Positions 39,197 to 49,329 of a stretch of 64,000 bases of DNA are shown piece by piece. The DNA comes from Octopus sinensis. Its lineage: Eukaryota. The translations under genes and the position numbers were made by a program. Positions within the stretch are counted from its first letter, which is position 1. Each line of letters starts with the position of its first letter. The notes under the pieces were generated by a model, which saw only the letters and a program-made list of their open reading frames with translations, had not been told where the DNA came from and did not search any database. The DNA lies in the NCBI RefSeq assembly GCF_006345805.1, contig NC_043013.1:57536001-57600000 (forward strand), written 5' to 3'.

Positions 39197-41071
39197 ATGG
39201 CGATAACTATTATTTTCCGGGAACGCTGCCGCTGTTCTCTTTTAGAGAGACTTAGTTATTTTAATATTTCTATTATTGAAAACAAGTGGATGTATTCCAC
39301 CGAAACTAGGTAAATAAAACCATCGAACAGAGATTGTCGGAAGCAACACCTACTGGCTGGCTACGCTGCATTGAAAAGGGGCAATAGCCCGAAACGCGTC
39401 TGTAGCTGCCGGTCAAGTAGTGTGGAGCGACTGACCTCCCTTGTTCGAAGGTTATATGGATACAGTTTGTGTATCAAATAGCTAACTTAAGGCGATGGCC
39501 TCATGGAGCTAATAAGCGGACAGCTTTTTTCTTATTTTTATAAGAATGCCATATTAGTATGGCGATAACTATTATTTTCCGGGAACGCTGCCGCTGTTCT
39601 CTTTGAGAGAGACTTAGTATTTTAATATTTCTATTATTGAAAACAAGTGGATGTATTCCACCGAAACTAGGTAAATAAAACCATCGAACAGAGATTGTCG
39701 GAAGCAACACTACTGGCTGGCTACGCTGCATTGAAAAGGGGCAATAGCCCGAAACGCGTCTGTAGCTGCCGGTCAAGTAGTGTGGAGCGACTGACCTCCC
39801 TTGTTCGAAGGTTATATGGATACAGTTTGTGTATCAAATAGCTAACTTAAGGCGATGGCCTCATGGAGCTAATAAGCGGACAGCTTTTTTCTTATTTTTA
39901 TAAGAATGCCATATTAGTATGGCGATAACTATTATTTTCGGGAACGCTGCCGCTGTTCTCTTTGAGAGAGACTTAGTTATTTTAATATTTCTATTATTGA
40001 AAACAAGTGGATGTATTCCACCGAAACTAGGTAAATAAAACCATCGAACAGAGATTGTCGGAAGCGACACCTACTGGCTGGCTACGCTGCATTGAAAAGG
40101 GGCAATAGCCCGAAACGCGTCTGTAGCTGCCGGTCAAGTAGTGTGGAGCGACTGACCTCCCTTGTTCGAAGGTTATATGGATACAGTTTGTGTATCAAAT
40201 AGCTAACTTAAGGCGATGGCCTCATGGAGCTAATAAGCGGACAGCTTTTTTCTTATTTTTATAAGAATGCCATATTAGTATGGCGATAACTATTATTTTC
40301 CGGGAACGCTGCCGCTGTCTCTTTTAGAGAGACTTAGTATTTTAATATTCTATTATTGAAAACAAGTGGATGTATTCACCGAAACTAGGTAAATAAAACC
40401 ATCGAACAGAGATTGTCGGAAGCAACACCTACTGGCTGGCTACGCTGCATTGAAAAGGGGCAATAGCCCGAAACGCGTCTGTAGCTGCCGGTCAAGTAGT
40501 GTGGAGCGACTGACCTCCTTGTTCGAAGGTTATATGGATACAGTTTGTGTATCAATAGCTAACTTAAGGCGATGGCCTCATGGAGCTAATAAGCGGACAG
40601 CTTTTTTCTTATTTTTATAAGAATGCCATATTAGTATGGCGATAACTATTATTTTCCGGGAACGCTGCCGCTGTTCTCTTTGAGAGAGACTTAGTTATTT
40701 TAATATTTCTATTATTGAAAACAAGTGGATGTATTCCACCGAAACTAGGTAAATAAAACCATCGAACAGAGATTGTCGGAAGCGACACCTACTGGCTGGC
40801 TACGCTGCATTGAAAAGGGGCAATACCCCGAAACGCGTCTGTAGCAGCCGGTCAAGTAGTGTGGAGCGACTGACCTCCCTTGTTCGAAGGTTATATGGAT
40901 ACAGTTTGTGTATCAAATAGCTAACTTAAGGCGATGGCCTCATGGAGCTAATGAGCGGACAGCTTTTTTCTTATTTTTATAAGAATGCCATATTAGTATG
41001 GCGATAACTATTATTTTCCGGGAACGCTGCCGCTGTTCTCTTTTAGAGAGACTTAGTTATTTTAATATTTC

Positions 41072-41076
<5 letters not shown>
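39197..41076 (+). repeat. Tandem array of about 360-bp units (5 full copies plus about 80 bp), each carrying a hammerhead; retrozyme-like
   Basis: Unit starts (atggcgataac) at 39197, 39559, 39919, 40280, 40636 and 40998. The array is bounded by (TA)n on both sides. Confidence 0.95.
39350..39420 (+). ncRNA. Type I hammerhead ribozyme with U3-A8 core (copy 1 of 5; others at about 39710, 40071, 40429, 40789)
   Basis: gctgca-TTGAAAA-ggg(gcaatag)ccc-GAAA-CGCG-TC-tgtagc. Helix I has 6 bp and extends via ctactggctggc/gccggtcaagtag. Predicted cleavage after C39400. Confidence 0.8.
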
Positions 41077-41110
<34 letters not shown>

Positions 41111-41647
41111 TAAGAGAGAGAGTGAGAGAGAGAGAAAGAAAAAGAGTTATTTTATTCCACACGGGCAGAAATATAGAAAAAATATATAAGAATTTGAAAA
41201 TGAATTGAGATTCCTTTAGATTTTTTATTTAAAAAAATTTTAAGACTTAACCAGTTTCCCAGATATTTCTGATTTACAAAAGGTAGGATAGAAAGTCGTG
41301 GACAAATTTGATTAATTTATAAGGGTTCATTAAAATCAAGATACATGAACATGTAGGACGGCAGATATGGCGAAGTATGATAATACGGAGCTCACAGTGG
41401 AGTAAACAACCTCGACGGCAACAAGTGTTGGTAAAATCATGGAGATATTCAAGTACCAAATCCAACTAAGATTGGATTTATGTAAAATAGCTCACTTGCT
41501 TAAAATATTACCTGTTTAAAATTGTACCTGACGCTAGCGAATTACATTACTATTATGAAATCTTCTATGATTGGTTTAATAAAATTCTACCGAAATAGCT
41601 GTCATCAATTTTAAACGCCATTTGTGTTTGTATTATACGTACATTCA

Positions 41648-41695
<48 letters not shown>

Positions 41696-42237
41696 AAATA
41701 TAAGAGAGAGAGTGAGAGAGAGAGAAAGAAAAAGAGTTATTTTATTCCACACGGGCAGAAATATAGAAAAAATATATAAGAATTTGAAAATGAATTGAGA
41801 TTCCTTTAGATTTTTTATTTAAAAAAATTTTAAGACTTAACCAGTTTCCCAGATATTTCTGATTTACAAAAGGTAGGATAGAAAGTCGTGGACAAATTTG
41901 ATTAATTTATAAGGGTTCATTAAAATCAAGATACATGAACATGTAGGACGGCAGATATGGCGAAGTATGATAATACGGAGCTCACAGTGGAGTAAACAAC
42001 CTCGACGGCAACAAGTGTTGGTAAAATCATGGAGATATTCAAGTACCAAATCCAACTAAGATTGGATTTATGTAAAATAGCTCACTTGCTTAAAATATTA
42101 CCTGTTTAAAATTGTACCTGACGCTAGCGAATTACATTACTATTATGAAATCTTCTATGATTGGTTTAATAAAATTCTACCGAAATAGCTGTCATCAATT
42201 TTAAACGCCATTTGTGTTTGTATTATACGTACATTCA

Positions 42238-42260
<23 letters not shown>
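41077..42260. repeat. Perfect 590-bp tandem duplication, each copy bounded by (TA)n
   Basis: Identical ORF-track entries at 41274-41465 and 41864-42055 (offset 590). The sequences match by eye. Confidence 0.9.
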
Positions 42261-42278
<18 letters not shown>

Positions 42279-42289
42279 TTTAAGTGATT

Positions 42290-42520
42290 GAGATTCAAGT
42301 GAATTTTAATGAATTCATATGAATATGGTCCTTAACTAGGATGCACCGAAAATCTATATGGTATTAACCATACGACAAGTGGGGTGATTACAAATAGGAA
42401 AAAAAGCAACAAGAATGGATTAAAATATCGGAACAATTGCTTCGTACGAGGACATCTTTAATAAGCTACAAAACATGCAGTAAATATAGATGGCTCGTAC
42501 TCGTCAGCCGAAAAAACATC
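42290..42520 (-). mobile_element. Diverged member of the 24425/28054 pseudo-LTR family, with hammerhead at 42428-42511
   Basis: Shares gaatatggt.cttaa...gcacc...tatggtatta...tggggtgatta...aagcaacaag with 51970-52097. Minus strand reads tcgg-CTGACGA-gtacgag...ctcgtac-GAAG-CAATTG-TT-ccga. Confidence 0.65.
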
Positions 42521-42596
42521 AGAGATTCCCAAACATCAAAAGGGGTAGATACAAATGAGGGTGTGAAATTAACTGCATTGAAGAAAGTTCGAATGC

Positions 42597-43001
42597 TGGA
42601 GATCCGATGAAAGGTCTTGAACTTACAGAATTTGTGCATGTCCATATATAGCTCATAGTGAATTGTTAATCAAGTTATGTGAAGAAATTTTGGATACAGT
42701 CATGCGAAATTTCTGAGAATCCGAGTAAGAAGCAAAGTCATATCGTGTAGAGGAACAGATTGTTATTGAAATTTACAAGAATCACAGATAAGTTCGATTC
42801 CTGGAGATCCGATGAAAGGTATTGAACTTACAGAATATGTGCATGTCCATATAGTTCATAGTGAATTGTTAATCAGGTTATGTGAAGAAATTTTGGGTAC
42901 AATCGTGCGAAATTTCAGGGAATCCGAGTGAAAAGCAAAGTGACAATCTTATTCTGTAGAGGAACAGATTGTTATTGAAATTTACAAGAATCACAGAGAA
43001 G
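42597..43001. repeat. Two tandem copies of about 205 bp, roughly 90% identical
   Basis: ctggagatccgatgaaagg starts at about 42597 and 42801. Minus strand gives ISHDCIQNF and SSHN, weakly like the PLE linker. Confidence 0.8.
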
Positions 43002-43819
43002 AGGAAGGAAGTAGAATTTAGTCAGTTACTGCTATTAATTGCTATCAAAGAGAAGGGAACGGGAAGCTAAAGGGAGGGACACACGTAGATACTATAAGAA
43101 AAATCTAAGCTTATTTGGTGCAAAATTCGAACTGAGGTCAATTAATTAATTTTTTTATATATTAATGTTACTATAAATAGATTTCAGGTTACAATGAGAG
43201 GTCAGTAGAAAGAAAAGAAAAAAAGTTGTTTTCTAATGAAACCAAACACTTATATTATATTATATTATATTATAATATATTATAATAGGTTTGGGATTAG
43301 CAGAATTAATTATTAGTGTAAAAGAAACTAAGAAGTTTAACTAACTAATTTTTTATAGGTAGGTTAAAGTGAAACAGACTAAAAAATAGAGATAAAAATA
43401 GAGTAAAATTTAAATTATCTACATAGTCTAATAGAAATAAATCAAATAACTTAAATCAATAAGTATTAGATAATACAGTTAGAGAGAGAATATAATCATA
43501 GCTAGTTAGATCGTATCTGTCTAGTTAAATATATAATATACTATGTAGGAGTAAAGTATAAATCGAAGTGATTTTATACAAAGTGATTTTAATATTCAGT
43601 TGCCAATTAAAATATCATTTAAAATATTTAAGAGTCTTAGTTCGAGCGTGTATACAAGAGGTTCCTAGTTCAATTCTGCTGTTCAGTGAAATTTCCCTAT
43701 TTTTTCTATACATTAGAATTTCAAATATTTCCATGGAGCAAAGTTGACAACCTACTCTGCAATTTTTATAGGGTATTGCTCTTCTGACTAATTCCCAATT
43801 AAGGTTATATTTGATATCC

Positions 43820-43850
<31 letters not shown>

Positions 43851-43858
43851 TATATATA

Positions 43859-43938
<80 letters not shown>

Positions 43939-44723
43939 TACATGTAAGTTATCAATTTGAAATTTTATTGATAATGTAATATTTGGTTTTTAATTGTGGG
44001 TGATAACACAAGTGTATGTTGATTTACATCTGTTATTGGAGAAGTCTTGAGGAAACAGAAAATTCCAAGACGGTGTCTTTAGAAGGTTCAAGAGACTAAA
44101 CTACAGTCATATTGCTTAAAAACGAAAAACGACAACAAAATAAATATTGCATTATATCGTTGCTCTGACAGTTAGGTGGAATATTTGATTGAAGAAAAAT
44201 AATTTACATGGCTGTAAAAGACTGCCAGGTAAGTCTACTCGATCGATCTAATAGTTGCTGCTGGCAAATATAAAATGAGATGGAAATAAATTCTATTGAA
44301 CAGACATTTTGTACAGCAATGATTTCTTTTAGAAGAACACGGGATTATTACATAATGAGGTAGAAAACATTTATCAGTTGACTGAATTCTTCGCTCTTCA
44401 TATTGTCCATGAAGCAAATACTTAACAAGTGACTCCAGTAAAATTTGACCTCGTAACTCTATATTGTTATAATAAGTTTCACAAAACATCTAATTTGATT
44501 TTTAAACAGCATATCTTCCAGATCAGGTTAAGAAAGAACGTAGATGGAATATTATATCAGATTCTAAAATATTGAGTATAAGAGAATTGTCGGTGGAATT
44601 TGGTAAAAGAGCTACTTAATAACGCAAAAAAGGAAACGATGATGAAGAGGAGGAGGCGAGGAGGCGGAAAGAGAATGCTTGTTATTATTGTTATTGATGC
44701 TGTTGTTATTATTATTATAATTA

Positions 44724-44782
<59 letters not shown>

Positions 44783-44876
44783 TAGTTTTATTTTTATAGC
44801 GTGCTTTCACTTCACTACCGAGCGCAGCTCTGTGTGCCTTGGGTATGTGCTGTGATTTGTTGTGATGCTCTGATGG

Positions 44877-45561
44877 TTATTGTATGGAAAGTGTTCTGCG
44901 TAGGATGTGTGCAGTGCCTAGTAGTGCAATTTTCTGTATGTTATATGTGTTTGTAAGTCCTGGTGTTTTTGTTATGTATTTGTCTGAATATTTTTTTATC
45001 ATGCCTAATGCACCTACTATGATAGGAATTGTTTCTGTTTTCAGATTCCACATTCTAGTTACCTCTATTTCCAGGTCTTTGTATTTTGAGAGTTTCTCCA
45101 TTTCTTTTAGAGACACGTTGTCATCTGCCGGTATTGATACATCAATTAGAAAGCATTGTTTTCTTCATGATCTCTGACAACTATATCTGGTCTGTTGGCC
45201 TTAATTTCTCTATCTGTGTGTATCGGCATATCCCAGAGTATGGTTGCTTTCTCGTTCTCTGTGACCTTTTCTGGTGTGTGCCTATACCATCTTTTTTCTG
45301 TTGTTATTCCATAATGTTGCATAGCTTCCAATGTATGTAGGTTCCAACTCTGTCATGTCTGTGAATATATTCCTTCTTAGCCAGGACTGGGCAGCTAGAG
45401 ATAATATGATTTATTGTTTCTTGTCCATCTCCACATATTCTGCAGTTACTTGTAATATTTCTTTTCATTACATGTTTTTGGTAATTTCTGGTGGGGAGGC
45501 TTTGGTCTTGTGCTGCAATTAAAAATCCCTCTGTTTCTGCTTTGAGTCCTGAGCTTCTCAA
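44877..45561 (-). pseudogene. Zinc knuckle plus restriction-like endonuclease, split over three frames
   Basis: AETEGFLIAAQDQ...CRIC...H...C...RHD; ILWD..I.TD..I.ANRPDIVV; K..KYKDL...PIIVGALG. Confidence 0.85.
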
Positions 45562-47101
45562 CCATTGCTGGGATTTTCTTGTCTATTTCTTTTGCGTTTA
45601 GTTTAGTGCAGTATTTACCATGAAGGGGCTTTTCTTGCCATCGTTTTATCATGGTTCGTTGCTGTTCTATTTTTAGTTTGCATTTCATTTGTTTTATAGC
45701 TTTTGTTGTTTCTTCATCATCTTCTTCTTCTTCTTCGTGTTTATTAGGTGGTATGATTTCTTGTTTGTATTTGTCAGCTTCCTTAAATACTGAGAACAGT
45801 TTTTCGTTTTGCTCGTGTTTTGCTGCTATCTGGATCAGTTTTCCTTCCTTCTGAAGTAGGTATTTTTGCAGTCCTATGGTGGTTATTTTATAGTAGTTTT
45901 CCAGCTGTATAAGGCCTGTACCACCTTCTATACGTTGTATATATAGTCTTTCTATGTCAGATTTTGGGTGATGCATCCTAGATCCTGTCAGTATTTTTCT
46001 TGTTTTCCTATCTATTTTGGACAGTTCATTTCGTGTCCAGTTAAGGATATTGTAGCTGTAACTTATAACTGGGACAGCTAAAGTGTTGATACCTATTATC
46101 TTGTTTTTAGCATTGAGCTCTGTGTTTAGTATTGATCTAACTCGTCTATAATATTCTTTTTTTATTTTCTCTTTCATTTGTGTGTGTTGTGTCTTATCTA
46201 GTTCATGGATTCCTAAGTATTTGTAAGTTTGGCTTTGGTCTAATTCTTTTATTTCATTGGTTTTATCTAGTGTGATGTTGTTACTCTTAACTAGTTTTCC
46301 TCTTTTCATGGTTACTTTGGCGCATTTTTCTAATCCAAATTTCATATCTATTTCTTTGGTAAATCCATGAACTGTCTTTAATAGTGTTTCCAGCTGTTTG
46401 TCATTTGCAGCGTATAGTTTTAGGTCATCCATATATAAAAGGTGGCTGATTGTTTTGCCGTAACATTTATATCCGCATCCAGTTCTATTTAGCATATCAG
46501 ATAGAGGTGACAGTGCCAAGCAGAAAAGGAGTGGAGAGAGCGTGTCTCCCTGGAATATTCCTCTTCTAATGGGGATGTCTTTGGTTTTCATGAGTCCCTC
46601 TTTTGTTTGGAGGTGTAGGACTGTTTGCCATTTATTCATAGAGTGCTCTATGAATTTTATGATTGTTGGTGCTACTTTGTTAATGGCTAGTGTTTCGAGG
46701 ATCCATGTGTGGGGGATGCTATCAAACGCCTTTTTGTAGTCAATCCAGGCCATACTGAGGCCTTTCTTCTTTCTGTGGCTGTCTTCAGTTACGGCTTTAT
46801 TAATCATTAGTTGATCTTTACAGCCATATGAGCCTTTGCGGCATCCTTTCTGCTCTTCTGGGAACAGTTTGTTTTCGTCCAGGTGCTTGTTCAGCCTTTG
46901 CGATATCACTGCAGTAAATGCCTTGAACATAGTAGGGAGGCAGGTTATTGGTCTGTAGTTTTCTGGTTTTGCTGTTTCATTTGATTTGGGAATTAAGATG
47001 GTTTTCCCCTTCGTGAGCCATTCAGGCATTGTCTCTGGCTCTGCTAGTATGCTGTTAAAGTTTTCAGCCAGCTTTTTGTGCATTCCTGTAAGATATTTCA
47101 A
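45446..47101 (-). CDS. Reverse transcriptase portion (551 aa) of the R4/Dong-like ORF; the full ORF is broken by frameshifts
   Basis: NYRPITCL, EEQKGCRKG, WIDYKKAFDSIPH, RGIFQGDTLSPLLF, HLLYMDDLKL and YKYLG motifs. Confidence 0.9.
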   Translation of the reverse strand: MKYLTGMHKKLAENFNSILAEPETMPEWLTKGKTILIPKSNETAKPENYRPITCLPTMFKAFTAVISQRLNKHLDENKLFPEEQKGCRKGSYGCKDQLMINKAVTEDSHRKKKGLSMAWIDYKKAFDSIPHTWILETLAINKVAPTIIKFIEHSMNKWQTVLHLQTKEGLMKTKDIPIRRGIFQGDTLSPLLFCLALSPLSDMLNRTGCGYKCYGKTISHLLYMDDLKLYAANDKQLETLLKTVHGFTKEIDMKFGLEKCAKVTMKRGKLVKSNNITLDKTNEIKELDQSQTYKYLGIHELDKTQHTQMKEKIKKEYYRRVRSILNTELNAKNKIIGINTLAVPVISYSYNILNWTRNELSKIDRKTRKILTGSRMHHPKSDIERLYIQRIEGGTGLIQLENYYKITTIGLQKYLLQKEGKLIQIAAKHEQNEKLFSVFKEADKYKQEIIPPNKHEEEEEDDEETTKAIKQMKCKLKIEQQRTMIKRWQEKPLHGKYCTKLNAKEIDKKIPAMVEKLRTQSRNRGIFNCSTRPKPPHQKLPKTCNEKKYYK

Positions 47102-47607
47102 CCAGAAGTTGGGGATCTTGTCATGTCCAGGTGCCTTCCAGTTGCTTAGTTTTTGCAGTGCCTGGGTGACCTCTTCAGTTGTTATGGGGGTCCAAAGTTG
47201 TTCAGATGCCGAGTTTGTTATTTTGATACTCCTTTTTTTTTGGCTGTTCGTTCGCCGACCATATTTCTCTCCAGAATTCTTCCAATTCTTCTGCCGGTGG
47301 TGCTGCAGTGACTTCTATTTTATTTTTGCCCAGTTCTTGGTAGAACTTTTTGGGGTTGGAGTTGAACTTTTTGTTCTGTTCAAAGAAGCACTGGCGTTTC
47401 TCGTACCGGCGGATCCTTTGAGCTTTGGCAAGGATATCTTGCTTCAACTTTTCTTTTATCTCCGGCAAATCTTTTTCTGCGATGTTATATTTGCGGAGCA
47501 TTTTTGTTCTCTTTTTGTTGCTCAGTAGCGTTGATTGTTTGCTGATTTCATTAAGAATCGACAGGTCTTTTACTAATTTTTAAAATTTTGTTTTGGATGT
47601 TATTTAT

Positions 47608-48519
47608 TCACAGGGTTTGTTTGGGTGGTGGTACTCCTGTTTGGGTGGGTTTGGGTGAGTATCCAGGTTCTTTTGTGGCTGCAGAGGCTGCTGCGTATAT
47701 CAAGTCATTTAGTTCAGTGATATCACTTTTTTTTGTTTCAGTGGCTAGTTCAGTGACGGCTAGGTTTATGCTGTTTATAATTGGTGTTGTTATTTCGTTT
47801 ATTTTTATTCTTGGGAGGTATGGTCGGTGGTCCATTTTGGGCTCTGTGGTTTTCAGTTCTTTGATTATTTTATTTTTTATATTATCATAATCATTAGGCT
47901 CCCCTTCGTTGTTTACATCATGTTTGTTGGGAATGTTGCGTTTGTCTTCGTGTTTTACAGTTTCAGTATTTATATTATTGGGCATTGTTGTGTGGCTTCT
48001 ATCTACATTTTCCTGGTGCATTTTTTCTTTTAAATGTTCTATTTCTATTTCTGATATTTTTTTGGCTTTGAGAATGTATCTTCGTACGTTAGCTAATTTA
48101 TTAAGGTTCATTGCTGTATCCAAGTCTATATCTCTATTATTTTCCTTCCATATTTTATATGTATGTGTTGTTGTATTTTCATTTTTTGGGTAGAGCATTG
48201 CTGTGAAGTATGCGTGTAAGATAGAAATGTATTCCTCACGTGTCCATTTACGTCTTTTGGGTTTTATTTGCGGGACATGAGGTACAACGTCCGGCCCATT
48301 ATTTTGACGGTCGTCGTTTTCGTAGGGTACCGGTCCGTTTATTTCTGTTGTCACATTATTTCGCACATGTAATTTTTCGTACATTTTTTGTTGTAAGTTT
48401 AATGTACGTACCGCTCGATTGTTATTCTTGGGTTGAATAGTATCGGTGGCATTTAATTTCTTCGTAGTTCCTTTGTACATGGTGTTTGATGTCGGGGATG
48501 ATCGTGATGTTCCACGCAT
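47608..48519 (-). CDS. N-terminal portion (303 aa) of the R4/Dong-like ORF, with a putative SANT/Myb-like DNA-binding region
   Basis: PKRRKWTREEYISILHAYF...LANVRRYILK. Lies upstream of the RT on the same strand. Confidence 0.7.
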   Translation of the reverse strand: MRGTSRSSPTSNTMYKGTTKKLNATDTIQPKNNNRAVRTLNLQQKMYEKLHVRNNVTTEINGPVPYENDDRQNNGPDVVPHVPQIKPKRRKWTREEYISILHAYFTAMLYPKNENTTTHTYKIWKENNRDIDLDTAMNLNKLANVRRYILKAKKISEIEIEHLKEKMHQENVDRSHTTMPNNINTETVKHEDKRNIPNKHDVNNEGEPNDYDNIKNKIIKELKTTEPKMDHRPYLPRIKINEITTPIINSINLAVTELATETKKSDITELNDLIYAAASAATKEPGYSPKPTQTGVPPPKQTL

Positions 48520-48721
48520 GTTTACATGTGTTGTGTTAGAGGTGGAGACAATATCGAGTCAAAATACATCATTTCGTTTTGAAAATAGTAATAAATTTCA
48601 ATTGGTATTACTTACTCGGATACAGTCCAATTCTTTGTTAGTAAAACTTTGGCTCCATAGGATGTCCTTGTTTTCGATGTTTGTGGATAGATTTCGGAGC
48701 TCTGTATTTTCCTTCTTACAT

Positions 48722-49049
48722 CTTAAACGTCCCCGGTGTTCTATCTTAAACGTCCCCGGTGTTCTCTCTTAAACGTCCCCGGTGTTCTCTCTTAAACGTC
48801 CCCGGTGTTCTCCTCTTAAACGTCCCCGGTGTTCTCCTCTTAAACGTCCCCGGTGTTCTCCTCTTAAACGTTCCCGGTGTTCTCTCTTAAACGTCCCCGG
48901 TGTTCTCTCTTAAACGTCCCCGGTGTTCTCCTCTTAAACGTCCCCGGTGTTCTCTCTTAAACGTCCCCGGTGTTCTCTCTTAAACGTCCCCGGTGTTCTC
49001 CTCTTAAACGTCCCCGGTGTTCTCCTCTTAAACGTCCCCGGTGTTCTCC
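48722..49049 (-). repeat. 14 tandem copies of a 23/24-bp unit forming the 5' end of the Dong-like element
   Basis: ttaaacgt starts at 48723, 48746, 48769, 48792, 48816, 48840, 48864, 48887, 48910, 48934, 48957, 48980, 49004 and 49028. Unit is ttaaacgtccccggtgttctc(c)tc. Confidence 0.95.
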
Positions 49050-49053
49050 CGTC

Positions 49054-49109
<56 letters not shown>

Positions 49110-49112
<3 letters not shown>

Positions 49113-49262
49113 TATGTTTGACTTTTGCTTTATATTTGTACAAGTTGGCTCCAAGTCTCACCCAGAGACCTCAAGAGACAACAGGTTGGAAGTTCATGTT
49201 GTTGTTATGCCTAGTGTGCCATATATTTGGGGGGGTGTTGGTGTTGTACTAATGAATGTCTA
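49110..49262 (-). mobile_element. Short unique segment embedded in the same (TAA)n array; probable 3' end of a second microsatellite-targeting element
   Basis: About 150 bp between two (ATT)n tracts. Minus strand ends ...gaggtctctgggtgagacttggag...aaacatag followed by AATAATAAT. Confidence 0.45.
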
Positions 49263-49277
49263 AAAAAAAATTTTAAA

Positions 49278-49329
<52 letters not shown>

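Larger units (their letters stand above)
44780..49053 (-). mobile_element. Near full-length R4-clade (Dong-like) non-LTR retrotransposon inserted in a (TAA)n microsatellite
   Basis: Domain order on the minus strand: N-terminal RRKWTREE region, RT, CCHC knuckle (CRICGDGQETINHIISSC), then restriction-like endonuclease (RPDIVV...KEMEKLSKYKDL). (ATT)n flanks both ends. Confidence 0.9.

Noticed and set aside
39197-41076. CRISPR-like or rDNA/5S/histone-type tandem gene array
   Set aside because: Units are near-identical along their whole length with no unique spacers, and contain no rRNA, tRNA, snRNA or coding signature.
43020-43620. AT-rich strand-biased segment resembling a NUMT or PLE RT
   Set aside because: Only isolated short motif resemblances; it cannot be supported without a profile search.
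48722-49049. CRISPR array
   Set aside because: The repeats are contiguous with no spacers, the context is eukaryotic and there are no cas genes.
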